In this document: piece by piece, positions 1 to 12,734 of the stretch
Layout of the letters: every line of letters starts with the position of its first letter
Numbering within the stretch: position 1 is the stretch's first letter
Translations under genes and position numbers: made by a program
Assembly (NCBI GenBank): GCA_003144275.1
Contig: NJBF01000005.1
Coordinates: 60,001 to 92,000, forward strand
Direction: 5' to 3'
Length of the DNA stretch: 32,000 nt
Source of the DNA: Candidatus Heimdallarchaeota archaeon B3_Heim
Lineage (GTDB): Archaea; Asgardarchaeota; Heimdallarchaeia; Hodarchaeales; Hodarchaeaceae
The notes under the pieces: generated by a model
The model's input: the letters and a program-made list of their open reading frames with translations, nothing else
What the model was told of the DNA's origin: nothing
Databases searched by the model: none

Positions 1-48
1 AATTTATTTGAGAAAATGATTAAAGACTCAATGAGACAGAAGAAGTAA
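1..48 (+). CDS. 3' end of an upstream CDS (partial, unknown product)
   Basis: Frame 1 is open from base 1 (NLFEKMIKDSMRQKK) to TAA at 46-48, co-oriented with the next gene. Too short to identify. Confidence 0.3.
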   Translation, partial: NLFEKMIKDSMRQKK

Positions 49-78
49 TCTTTTGTAAAATATTGGAGGAAATACTGG

Positions 79-1404
79 TTGGTATTAGTTGATTTAGTTA
101 TAAATCAAAAATCTAGCATGTTGATTGATTCTTACGAATTTTGGTGTTATAAAGCATCGATAAAGAAGAACAAAATTACGTCGAAGATTGAATATCAAGT
201 TGTTTATGATGAGAAAGTAATGACGGAACTGAAAAAGTTTAATTTGTATGAAAAGGTGATGAAAGACACCATAAAAGAATTAATTGTGGATAAACAAGAT
301 TTCATAACCCTAGATGAACTACTTTCCTTTGTATCAGAGCTAGGAGGAAAGACTTTTGGTTTTTCAAAGCATTTAATTATTCCTGTTCTTTTCAGAATTC
401 TAAACATGGAGAGAATTGGATCCTTGCTAGTAGATAACCAAATTGATGAAATATACCTGGACTCTAGTAAATCTTATTTATACATTGATCATGCTCAGTA
501 TGGTAGGTGTTCTTCCCAAATTCGGTTATCCAAAAAAGAAATTGACTCTTTTATACATAGGGTAGCTCTTGAGAACGATTTTAATTTAAATCGAGAAAAT
601 CCAACAATGAAGGGGGATTTTGTGACTAAGCTATTTCATACACGAATAACAGTTGATATACCACCTTTACTGATAGATGATATTCATTTAGATATACGGA
701 AATTTCGTCATCACAATTTTCATCTTAAGGATCTGATTGATATCGGGAGTATCACGAAATCTCAAGGAATTTTTCTAAGTATTATAATGAGTAATTTAGT
801 ATCCCTCTCCATTATCGGTCCTCCAAACTCGGGAAAGACAACTCTGCAAAATGCTCTATTAGAATTTATTCCTTCTCATTTCAGAGTTTTATCTGTAGAG
901 GATGTACTAGAAACTTCAAGTTTGAGGCGTGGTAATCAAGTAAGATTTAGGCTTGGTTATGATCCTCATGAAAGCAATATCTATACAAAAGCAATGGAAA
1001 TTCAAAAATTATTGCATAGAAGCCCTGATTATGTCAACTTAGGAGAACTTTCTACAAAAGATAATTTTATAGCATTCTTGAATGTTCTTTCGGTTGGTAT
1101 ACCCTCGATCCAGACAATTCACGGAAAAGACCCTAATTATCTGCTCTTACGATTACAAGATATATATAAAATTCCTATAAATCTTATTAAAACGTCATTC
1201 CCTCATGTGTTTGTTGAGATGGATACAGTTTGGAGAGAAAACATCCGTAAGAGATTTATTATTAGAATTGCAGAGCTAACTCCAGAAGGAGATATCTTAA
1301 CAATTTCTGATAGGCAAAATGATCGATTTAGCGACTCACAGATTAATACGCATTCTTCTTTTACCATTAATTATCTCGAAACAAGAAATTTGGACATGAT
1401 TTGA
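79..1404 (+). CDS. Type II/IV secretion system ATPase (VirB11/TadA/CpaF/FlaI family)
   Basis: Walker A GPPNSGKTT, Asp box RVLSVEDVLE, Walker B region RSPDYVNLGE, His box SIQTIHG. TTG start with GGAGG upstream. Confidence 0.88.
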   Translation: MVLVDLVINQKSSMLIDSYEFWCYKASIKKNKITSKIEYQVVYDEKVMTELKKFNLYEKVMKDTIKELIVDKQDFITLDELLSFVSELGGKTFGFSKHLIIPVLFRILNMERIGSLLVDNQIDEIYLDSSKSYLYIDHAQYGRCSSQIRLSKKEIDSFIHRVALENDFNLNRENPTMKGDFVTKLFHTRITVDIPPLLIDDIHLDIRKFRHHNFHLKDLIDIGSITKSQGIFLSIIMSNLVSLSIIGPPNSGKTTLQNALLEFIPSHFRVLSVEDVLETSSLRRGNQVRFRLGYDPHESNIYTKAMEIQKLLHRSPDYVNLGELSTKDNFIAFLNVLSVGIPSIQTIHGKDPNYLLLRLQDIYKIPINLIKTSFPHVFVEMDTVWRENIRKRFIIRIAELTPEGDILTISDRQNDRFSDSQINTHSSFTINYLETRNLDMI

Positions 1405-1508
1405 AGGATAAATCCTTCACCTCAGATAAGGGGGTATTTGGTTTAGGAAGTACTACTTACGGATATAGAATATTTTATGGTTCTTATATACAAGTGAAAC
1501 AATAATTT

Positions 1509-2063
1509 TTGAACATGTATCGATTAAGTCATAAAGACGAATTAAATTCTTATTTAATACTCTTAGGGAGGCAAAAAATTCTAATTAATGACATTTTAGA
1601 TGTTAATCAAATTGAGGGGATTTCTTCATCGATTATTGGCTTATTCGTTGAAGTTGTACCCTTTCTTCATGTGATTGCACTTCTAATATCATACGTATCT
1701 TTGATATTAGGAGGAATAACATATTTACTAGATGAAAGGGAAGAAAATGGGAAGAAAATGATCATCCGTGCACTTAGTGTAATTATATTATTCATTTTCA
1801 TATTTAATGATTTTTCTCCTAAGAATAATATGAATTCGCCAAATCTTGAGCAGCTTGAATCTTTTACATCATTCGTTAGTATGTATCTCGTATTTATTCT
1901 TGCTACACTATCTCTAATTTTTCTCATTGGCAACTGTGGGTTATATATTATTAATCCAGAAAAAAATTTTGTGAAAAATATAAGGAAAAGTATAATTTGT
2001 CTTTTAGCTGTCATTATTCCCCTTGGAAATAACTTTCCTAATTTTCCCACATGGAAGTGGTAA
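1509..2063 (+). CDS. Membrane protein with two tandem helical hairpins, VirB2/TrbC (T4SS pilin)-like
   Basis: Four hydrophobic segments in two hairpins (SLILGGITYLLDEREENGKKMIIRALSVIILF; LIFLIGNCGLYIINPEKNFVKNIRKSIICLLAV). The start may be ATG 1515. The gene is likely real; the pilin assignment is inference. Confidence 0.55.
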   Translation: MNMYRLSHKDELNSYLILLGRQKILINDILDVNQIEGISSSIIGLFVEVVPFLHVIALLISYVSLILGGITYLLDEREENGKKMIIRALSVIILFIFIFNDFSPKNNMNSPNLEQLESFTSFVSMYLVFILATLSLIFLIGNCGLYIINPEKNFVKNIRKSIICLLAVIIPLGNNFPNFPTWKW

Positions 2064-2067
2064 TAAA

Positions 2068-2250
2068 ATGCTAGAAGTAATAGTAGTTCAGATAATTAAG
2101 GAAATTATTTCGATTTTTATCTCGATACCTTTTGGACTCCTTTCACTTACCTTTGGGTCGATACTCTATGTTCCTACTGGGACGAAATTTGGAAAGTATG
2201 CAATAATATTTGGATTATTGATTTTAACTCTCAACGTGTATGTTGTATAA
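2068..2250 (+). CDS. Small 2-TM membrane protein (60 aa), possible VirB2/TrbC-like pilin
   Basis: ATG at 2068, 4 nt after the upstream stop. Hairpin GLLSLTFGSILYVPTGTKFGKYAIIFGLLILTL has the same pattern as the upstream gene. Confidence 0.5.
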   Translation: MLEVIVVQIIKEIISIFISIPFGLLSLTFGSILYVPTGTKFGKYAIIFGLLILTLNVYVV

Positions 2251-2607
2251 ACACAATTTTATCATTTAGAACTAATATAATTGGATTAAATCAGGGTTTG
2301 GGATTACTAAATACTATAGTAACTCTTAACTTCACATCAAATCGCACTGTATTCATCAGATAACAGAAAAAATATAGGAGGAATTTTATTTGCTTTAAGA
2401 AGATCATTTTCTGTGATCAATGACTCACTCAGAGTTTCGAAATCCTTAATGAATCAAATTCTCTATGAAACTACATAAATCATTTTTAAATTTGCATTAG
2501 TTGATTAATGCTCAAATTCTGTGCGAATTGCTCAGATTAAAAATTTCTAATTACTTTCTAATCCAATAATTCTTACTCAGCTGATACTATGACTGGGAGA
2601 ATACACT

Positions 2608-6501
<3,894 letters not shown>

Positions 6502-6503
6502 AT

Positions 6504-6806
6504 ATGAAACCAGATATAGAAAAAGCTATAAATATGGCAATGAGTACAGGAAAAGTAAGAATGGGTTATAATGATGTGATAAAAAGCGTATTAAATGGGA
6601 AAGTAAAAGCTACGATTGTTTCAAGCAATTTACCAGGCAATATTGCAGAAGAATTGAAAAGAAGCTGTGAGCTTTCAAAAATACCAATAATTTCATATGA
6701 AAAGAGTGGAAAAGAGTTGGGAGCCGTATGTGGACGTCCACACAAAGTATCAACAATCGCCATCTTAGATCCAGGAAATTCAAAGATTCTTGAATATATT
6801 GAATAG
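6504..6806 (+). CDS. rpl30e: 50S ribosomal protein L30e (eL30)
   Basis: MSTGKVRMGYN...ELGAVCGRPHKVSTIAILDPGNSKIL. Canonical position after rpoA2. ATG 6504 is preferred over the overlapping ORF start at 6456. Confidence 0.96.
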   Translation: MKPDIEKAINMAMSTGKVRMGYNDVIKSVLNGKVKATIVSSNLPGNIAEELKRSCELSKIPIISYEKSGKELGAVCGRPHKVSTIAILDPGNSKILEYIE

Positions 6807-6817
6807 GAAGTTCACTT

Positions 6818-7258
6818 TTGTCTAAGATACGAATGTCGCAAGATGAATTGAGCTTAATATCGACATTAGAAGGAATAACAGGGGCTCTAGCTATCGACTG
6901 TATTTGGGAAAAAGAAGATAACAGAGTTATCTTTATTGTTCGTCGAAATGACACAGGAAAAGTTATTGGAAGGGGAGGAACTACAATTCAAAGACTTCGT
7001 GAGTATTTCAAGAAGAATATTGAAGTTGTGGAATATTCAGAAAGAATCGAAAAATTTGTAACAAACACATTGGCACCTGCAAAAACAAAAAACGTTGAAA
7101 TTATTGAAAAATCAGGTCGGAAAACCGTGATCGTTACAGTGATTCAAAGAGAAAAAGGAAAAGCGATTGGGAAAAATGGTAGAAATATACAGCGGTCACG
7201 TTTGCTACTAAAAAGACATTTTGGGGTAAATAATGTAATTATTCAATGTCCGAATTGA
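6818..7258 (+). CDS. nusA: Archaeal NusA-like transcription elongation factor (two KH domains)
   Basis: GKVIGRGG and GKAIGKNGRNI KH motifs. Canonical position between rpl30e and rps12. TTG start. Confidence 0.95.
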   Translation: MSKIRMSQDELSLISTLEGITGALAIDCIWEKEDNRVIFIVRRNDTGKVIGRGGTTIQRLREYFKKNIEVVEYSERIEKFVTNTLAPAKTKNVEIIEKSGRKTVIVTVIQREKGKAIGKNGRNIQRSRLLLKRHFGVNNVIIQCPN

Positions 7259-7396
7259 TCTAACAACGTGAAGGTAAAGCCAAACTGTTCAAAAACCTAA
7301 CAAAAAACAAAGTTAAACACGTTTATTGCGACTTTAAACAATATATCTGAGAGAAAACAAAACTCACATTCATCTACAAAGATTAGGCGAGAAAAC

Positions 7397-7840
7397 ATGA
7401 CTGGATTGAAATCACCACGGGGCGAATTCGCAGCAAATAAGCTGGTCAAGAAACGGAAAAAATTCCGATGGAAGAGTACAACATATAAGAGAAAAGTGCT
7501 CCGTTTGAAGGAAAAATATGACCCTCTTGAAGGTTCTCCGCAAGCTCGTGGGATTGTGATTGAAAAAGTTGGTATTGAATCAAAACAACCAAATTCAGCT
7601 ATCAGAAAATGTGTACGAGTTCAACTTATCAAAAATGGAAAACAAGTTACAGCTTTTGTACCTGGAGATGGGGGATTACTATTTATTGATGAACATGATG
7701 AAATTTCAATCGAAGGGATCGGTGGAGGAAAAGGAGGAGCCGTAGGAGATCTTCCAGGAGTACGATATAGAGTAGTCCATGTCAACGGAGTAAGTCTAAA
7801 AGCTATGCTCTCGGGAAGAAAAGAAAAACCAATGCGGTAG
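7397..7840 (+). CDS. rps12: 30S ribosomal protein S12 (uS12)
   Basis: [38 protein letters not shown]. Confidence 0.99.
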   Translation: MTGLKSPRGEFAANKLVKKRKKFRWKSTTYKRKVLRLKEKYDPLEGSPQARGIVIEKVGIESKQPNSAIRKCVRVQLIKNGKQVTAFVPGDGGLLFIDEHDEISIEGIGGGKGGAVGDLPGVRYRVVHVNGVSLKAMLSGRKEKPMR

Positions 7841-7930
7841 TTTCTGTCGCTAATAAACTCATTTCTTTTTATGAAATGAGGGGGAGAGAAATATTTTTAG
7901 TAATATCTCTTTAAATGTTAATTTGTACAG

Positions 7931-8626
7931 ATGTCATTCCCTGAAAAGCGTCAATTTGTTCTTCATTATCCTAAAAAAATGAATTTATTGAGAAGTGAAC
8001 ATGTATTATTTAATGAAATCAAGTCATTAGTAAATAATATTGAACCATTCAAAAATCCCAAAATAGGTTTAGAACAATATTCACTCCCAAGTGATCTAAT
8101 CGCGTTTATCCTCATTCTAACTAGGAAGAATTTAATTAATAATAATATTGTTGACTTAGGTTGTGGTACTGGTAGGTTTACTCTTCCGATATCAAAATTT
8201 TTCTCTGAAAGAGTCATTGGGGTTGATAGTGATTTTTCTGTCCTTAATCAACTTCGTTCTGCTATGAATAAGCTTCATTTGCATGTTGATCTTCTAAATA
8301 CTTCAATTGAATTTGTAGAACCAAGTAACTGGAAAAATCTCTTCCAAACGACTATTATGAATCCTCCTTTTGGAACTCAGAGGAGAGGTATTGATCAAGT
8401 ATTTCTCAGAAAATCACTTTCTTATTCTGAAGTAGTAATTTCTTTGCATAAGACAAGCACTAAATCACGTAACTTGTGGAAAAGAATTGCATCTTCTTAT
8501 AATAAACGATCAACAATACTTGCTACTATAGAGTTTTCTGTACTTCGAACATTTAAATTTCATCGCCATGATCAGCATAATGTGAAAGTAGATCTTATCC
8601 GATTTTCCAATAAGGATTCTAGTTAA
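7931..8626 (+). CDS. METTL5-family N6-adenine RNA methyltransferase
   Basis: PKIGLEQY, SAM motif VDLGCGTG, catalytic MNPPFG, C-terminal FKFHR. Next to csl4, as is common in archaea. Start position uncertain. Confidence 0.88.
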   Translation: MSFPEKRQFVLHYPKKMNLLRSEHVLFNEIKSLVNNIEPFKNPKIGLEQYSLPSDLIAFILILTRKNLINNNIVDLGCGTGRFTLPISKFFSERVIGVDSDFSVLNQLRSAMNKLHLHVDLLNTSIEFVEPSNWKNLFQTTIMNPPFGTQRRGIDQVFLRKSLSYSEVVISLHKTSTKSRNLWKRIASSYNKRSTILATIEFSVLRTFKFHRHDQHNVKVDLIRFSNKDSS

Positions 8627-8774
8627 AATTAGAATTGATTACTATATAGGTCCAATCTGAAATCTATCAAGGACTAATCTCTACAAGAATTACTTAGTAA
8701 GGTGATGAAAAAAACGGTTCAATCTCTAGTAGAATATTAAAATTATTCCCCATTACCTACCATTGGGATTAGAA

Positions 8775-9386
8775 ATGAGTAAAAGACTTGTAGAAAATTC
8801 AACTCAAAATCGAGTTGTACCAGGTGACAAAATTGCCGTCATAGAGGAATTTTTACCTGACGAGACATGCTTTGAGCAGGATGGAAGCATATTATCTATG
8901 ACCACTGGTGAAGTAATAACTGACCTGAAAAAACATAAGATCACAGTAAAACCAATTAAAAATGTATTTGTCCTCAAGAGAGGAGATACTGGTGTTGGTA
9001 GAGTTGTATATGTAAAAAAACAAATTGCTTCTGTAGATATTCATATGATAAATGATACAAAAGTTCCTTTACCAATGAATAGCATCTTGCATGTATCTGA
9101 AGCTTCAAGAAGATTTGTTAAAAATATGTACGAGGTAACCCGTCCTGGAGATTGGCTTAAATTTAGAATTGTAAGGAGGATGAAACCTATATACATCAGT
9201 CTGATTGGTGAAGGGTTAGGAGTAGTAATTGCTCAATGTAATCACTGTGGACACGATTTAGAATTCTACAGAAGAAACGCCTTGAAATGTCCAAATTGTA
9301 GCCTAATTCAAAATCGAATAACTGCAAATTCATTTGGGAAACTAGTAACCTCTTTTACGAGGACTTCACAAAATGAAACCCGATGA
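8775..9386 (+). CDS. csl4: Exosome RNA-binding subunit Csl4
   Basis: VVPGDKIAVIEEF N-terminus, S1 domain (LHVSE...RPGDWLKFRI), C-terminal Zn ribbon CNHC...CPNC. Confidence 0.92.
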   Translation: MSKRLVENSTQNRVVPGDKIAVIEEFLPDETCFEQDGSILSMTTGEVITDLKKHKITVKPIKNVFVLKRGDTGVGRVVYVKKQIASVDIHMINDTKVPLPMNSILHVSEASRRFVKNMYEVTRPGDWLKFRIVRRMKPIYISLIGEGLGVVIAQCNHCGHDLEFYRRNALKCPNCSLIQNRITANSFGKLVTSFTRTSQNETR

Positions 9387-10218
9387 TAAAAAGTTTTGGG
9401 AACAATTAACCGATAATAATGATCGCTGGCGCAAGAAAAGAAAGGGAAAAGAAGATTTCCAGACAATTAATGCAGTAATTGATAGAAATACAACAAAAAT
9501 ATTATCAGGTCTTCAGAGTAAGGGGATTATTGATTCTATTTCCGGAACAATAGCATCTGGTAAGGAATCGGGAGTTTTTCTCGCAGAACTCGGCTCAAAA
9601 GGGAAATTGAAATGTGATGATCTCTCTATAGAATCACCAATTGTTATTAAAATCTTTAGGACTAGTACACTGAATTTCAGGACTATAGAAAAATATATTT
9701 CAGGAGATATTCGGTTTAGGAAGTACAGCAAAAAAACTAGAAGTTTAGTGAAATTATGGGTTGAGAAAGAGTATAGAAATTTGAATAGAAGCATGCTTGC
9801 TGGAGCTAACGTACCAAAACCTATATTAGTGAAGAATAATGTACTCTTAATGGAATTAATTGGGCAAAACGGAATTCCTTCCCCTTTACTAAAAGTAAGT
9901 CCAAATGAAGCTACTCAACCAATGATGAAAGCAATATTGGACCAGATTAAGATAGTTTACCAAAAAGCTGGGCTTGTACATGCAGATTTATCTCCTTATA
10001 ATATCTTAATAAAAGAATCTACTCCGTATCTAATAGATATGAGTCAAAGTGTAACAACTTCTCATCCAAAAGCAGAAGAATTTTTGGAACGAGATTTAAA
10101 CAATATACTTTACTATTTTTCAAAACGAGGAGTTAAAACACCAGAAGTCGAATCTGTTCTTGACTCAATTGTTGATAATGAAACGAAAACCGATGAGGAT
10201 ATGATCTCCAGACAATAG
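9373..10218 (+). CDS. rio1: RIO1-family serine kinase/ATPase (small-subunit maturation)
   Basis: IASGKESGVF, VIKIFRT, EYRNL, HADLSPYNIL, IDMSQSV. Confidence 0.95.
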   Translation: MKPDDKKFWEQLTDNNDRWRKKRKGKEDFQTINAVIDRNTTKILSGLQSKGIIDSISGTIASGKESGVFLAELGSKGKLKCDDLSIESPIVIKIFRTSTLNFRTIEKYISGDIRFRKYSKKTRSLVKLWVEKEYRNLNRSMLAGANVPKPILVKNNVLLMELIGQNGIPSPLLKVSPNEATQPMMKAILDQIKIVYQKAGLVHADLSPYNILIKESTPYLIDMSQSVTTSHPKAEEFLERDLNNILYYFSKRGVKTPEVESVLDSIVDNETKTDEDMISRQ

Positions 10219-10236
10219 ATATGAGGAAATGATTTA

Positions 10237-10803
10237 ATGAGTATCTCATGCCGAATAAGAATCCCAAGAAGTAGGATAGGGGTATTAATTGGAAAACAAG
10301 GAGAAACGAAAACAGAAATAGAATCACTTGCTGGAGTAGATATACAAGTTGATAGTGATGATGGATCTATAGTGATTTTGTCCACTGAAAATACAATAGA
10401 TCCAACGTACGTTTGGAAAGCACGAGATATTATAAAAGCAATTGGAAAAGGTTTTAATGCAGATAAGGCTTTTTATCTGATTGAGGACAGCACTTTTTTA
10501 GAAACAATTCAGCTAGAAGGCTCTAAGAATAATATACAGAGATTAAAATCTCGTTTGATCGGAGAGAAGGGAAAAGCTAGATCTATGATTGAGACTGGAA
10601 CAGATACGTATATTTCAATTTTTGGATCACATATCTCTATAATTGGAGAAATAGCGGAAATTCGTTCTGCAAGAGAAGCTATAGATATGTTAATCAGAGG
10701 ATCAAAACATGGAACAGTCTATAGACTCCTAGAGCAGAAACGTTTCAAATTAAAGCAAGATCCGATGAGAATTTGGAAAGATCCACCTCCTAAAGATAAT
10801 TGA
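10237..10803 (+). CDS. dim2: KH-domain pre-rRNA processing protein Dim2/Pno1
   Basis: RIGVLIGKQG, RLIGEKGKAR, MLIRGSKHGTVY. Directly follows rio1, as is typical in archaea. Confidence 0.93.
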   Translation: MSISCRIRIPRSRIGVLIGKQGETKTEIESLAGVDIQVDSDDGSIVILSTENTIDPTYVWKARDIIKAIGKGFNADKAFYLIEDSTFLETIQLEGSKNNIQRLKSRLIGEKGKARSMIETGTDTYISIFGSHISIIGEIAEIRSAREAIDMLIRGSKHGTVYRLLEQKRFKLKQDPMRIWKDPPPKDN

Positions 10804-10816
10804 AAGCTTTTTAAAA
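10802..10816 (+). promoter_or_regulatory. Putative BRE/TATA promoter of tRNA-Ala
   Basis: GAAAGC TTTTTAAAA ends 30 nt upstream of the tRNA 5' end and overlaps the dim2 stop codon. Confidence 0.5.
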
Positions 10817-10846
10817 CACAACTAAATAATCAGAAATCAAGTCATT

Positions 10847-10921
10847 GGGCCGATAGCTCAGCTTGGTAGCAGCGCCTGGTTTGCATCCAGGAGGCCGTGG
10901 GTTCAAATCCCACTCGGTCCA
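10847..10921 (+). tRNA. tRNA-Ala(TGC), intronless, CCA not encoded
   Basis: Acceptor GGGCCGA/TCGGTCC with the G3:U70 Ala determinant, anticodon arm CCTGG-TTTGCAT-CCAGG, T arm GTGGG-TTCAAAT-CCCAC, discriminator A. The D stem has a C13-C22 mismatch. Confidence 0.97.
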
Positions 10922-11063
10922 TATTATGCTCTTTTAATAATTTTCACTTTGCAAAACAAATCTACGTAATTTTTGAGAACAGCAAATAATTTCAAATAGC
11001 CGATAGGTATTTTTAAGACAATAGATAGCGGTTTGTAACAAAAAAGGTCAAGATGAGCTGCAT

Positions 11064-11279
11064 CTAAGCAAATAAAGATCCAAGTTCTCGTAATAGCTCA
11101 TCTGCATTTATCAAAAGCCAATCTAGAACTCCTGTAACGATCGAAAAAATGAGTAAAAAACCGAATAAACTCAATCCTATCAATATTCCTTCTTCCACAA
11201 GTGGGGAACCTCTTCTTTTAGTTCGTATTCTTGTTTTTATTGAATGAATTCCTTTCAAACTATTATGCCTTTTCATCAT
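11064..11279 (-). CDS. Small Flp-like/class III signal peptide prepilin
   Basis: Basic leader ending KRRG, then SPLVE (Glu at +5) and a long hydrophobic helix. Predicted mature protein about 47 aa. GGTGG upstream. Confidence 0.65.
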   Translation of the reverse strand: MMKRHNSLKGIHSIKTRIRTKRRGSPLVEEGILIGLSLFGFLLIFSIVTGVLDWLLINADELLRELGSLFA

Positions 11280-11316
11280 TCCACCATGAGATCAAGAAAA
11301 ACATTCTTTATAATAT

Positions 11317-11330
11317 CCCTAAATTTAGGG
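11317..11330. promoter_or_regulatory. Perfect 14-bp palindrome CCCTAAATTTAGGG in a divergent intergenic region
   Basis: Self-complementary sequence between the divergent prepilin and GTPase genes, next to TTTATAAT at 11307-11314. Function inferred only. Confidence 0.35.
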
Positions 11331-11382
11331 TTTTTTTAGGAGTTTAAATTGGACTCAATTACTAAGGAATTAGGTGTAATTA

Positions 11383-11973
11383 TTGCAGTTAGTTCCTTCG
11401 AAAGAAAAAAAACCATTGAAAATAGTCCTTTTGGGAGAAGGGGGTGTAGGAAAAACAACAATTTCGAAATCATACATCGATAATTATTTTTTCACAAAAT
11501 CGAAACAAACAATTGCAGTAGAGTTTCATTCAAAGATTATTACTCATTCTGATAAGGGAGTGAGCAAGCTACAGATCTGGGATCTTGGTGGTCAAGAGCA
11601 TTTCAAACACATGGGAGTCTTTAGTGAATTTTGTAAGGGCGCAGATGCTGCATTACTTTGTTTCGACCTTACTGATCTTTCTTCATTATTCAATCTAAGT
11701 GAATGGCTTGAGTTTATCACACCTGCTATTCCCCGATTTTTAATTGGTACAAAATCCGACTTAGCAACTCAAGATGAGAAAAATTTCGATTTAGCGAGAT
11801 ATATTCAAAGGTTTAATTGTATAACTTCTTTTAAATGTTCAGCTAAAGATTTAAAATCGGTTATGGATATTTTTGAGAAAGTTCTATTGGCAATCGAAAG
11901 AAAAAACAGCAAATTAACGAACATGTCTTCAGGTTCAAATACTCAATTATCTAATAAACTATTAGTTTCATGA
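11383..11973 (+). CDS. Rab-like small GTPase
   Basis: G1 GEGGVGKT, G2 TIAVEF, G3 WDLGGQE, G4 TKSD, G5 SAK. No C-terminal Cys prenylation motif. TTG start. Confidence 0.95.
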   Translation: MQLVPSKEKKPLKIVLLGEGGVGKTTISKSYIDNYFFTKSKQTIAVEFHSKIITHSDKGVSKLQIWDLGGQEHFKHMGVFSEFCKGADAALLCFDLTDLSSLFNLSEWLEFITPAIPRFLIGTKSDLATQDEKNFDLARYIQRFNCITSFKCSAKDLKSVMDIFEKVLLAIERKNSKLTNMSSGSNTQLSNKLLVS

Positions 11974-11983
11974 GGAATTAACG

Positions 11984-12733
11984 ATGCAAAAATTATTGAG
12001 AAAAACGATAAATGCGCGATCTTCGCGGATACCTAGCGGAGTAATCGGTTTTGACAACCTTGTAAATGGTGGATTTAGAGAACATTCGGTCAACGTGATT
12101 ATTGCGGATCCTGGGTGTGGAAAATCCACTTTTTGCTGGCAGTATTGTTCATCTGATCTACACACTCCAGCTCTCTATGTGTCATTAGAGCAAAATATAA
12201 ACTCGGTATTAAGAGACTGTAGTGATATCGGATTGAAAAACTTTGGTGAAAAATACAGAGAGGGGAATTTACAATTCCAAGTTGCTTTTAATGTCGACTC
12301 AGAATTAACTTCAGGAGAAATTGGTTTAAGATTTTTTATGAATGAGCTCCCTAAATATCTTGAAGTAATAAAAGAAGCCGCTTCAAAATATTTGGGAGGA
12401 ATACGTATAGCAATTGATCCTTTGACGCCATTACTTCTAGAAATTTCAGACCCTAATCAACAGCGTAACGCAATCAATCGAATTTTTTCTTCTCTTAGAG
12501 AGATTGGAACAGCCGTAGTCACATTAGAAAAAGGGTTTGGAGATGTCTTAGCTAGAATCCCTCTTTTTCTATCCGATTCCATCATAGAACTAGAACATAT
12601 TGGATTAGGAGGCATCTACAATCGAACAATGAGTATTAGAAAATTTAGAGGATCGTCACACTCTGAAACTCCTCAACCTATCAGTTTTCAAAAAGAAAAG
12701 GGATTAATCGTTCATGATATCTCCAATAAGTAA
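11984..12733 (+). CDS. Single-domain KaiC/RAD55-like (RecA superfamily) ATPase
   Basis: IPSGVIGFDNLVNGG, Walker A ADPGCGKST, YVSLEQ, RIAIDPLT, SDSII, arginine finger RKFRG. Confidence 0.9.
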   Translation: MQKLLRKTINARSSRIPSGVIGFDNLVNGGFREHSVNVIIADPGCGKSTFCWQYCSSDLHTPALYVSLEQNINSVLRDCSDIGLKNFGEKYREGNLQFQVAFNVDSELTSGEIGLRFFMNELPKYLEVIKEAASKYLGGIRIAIDPLTPLLLEISDPNQQRNAINRIFSSLREIGTAVVTLEKGFGDVLARIPLFLSDSIIELEHIGLGGIYNRTMSIRKFRGSSHSETPQPISFQKEKGLIVHDISNK

Positions 12734-12734
12734 T

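Noticed and set aside
2251-2480. Frameshifted extension of the 60-aa hairpin protein, or a small ORF after GGAGGA at about 2376
   Set aside because: Open stretches are short, lack a start codon and resemble nothing; expected by chance in AT-rich DNA.
10856-10875. tRNA-Ala D-stem irregularity (GCTC/CAGC) as a sign of a pseudogene or intron remnant
   Set aside because: All other arms and G3:U70 are intact and a promoter is present; a single mismatch is within normal variation.
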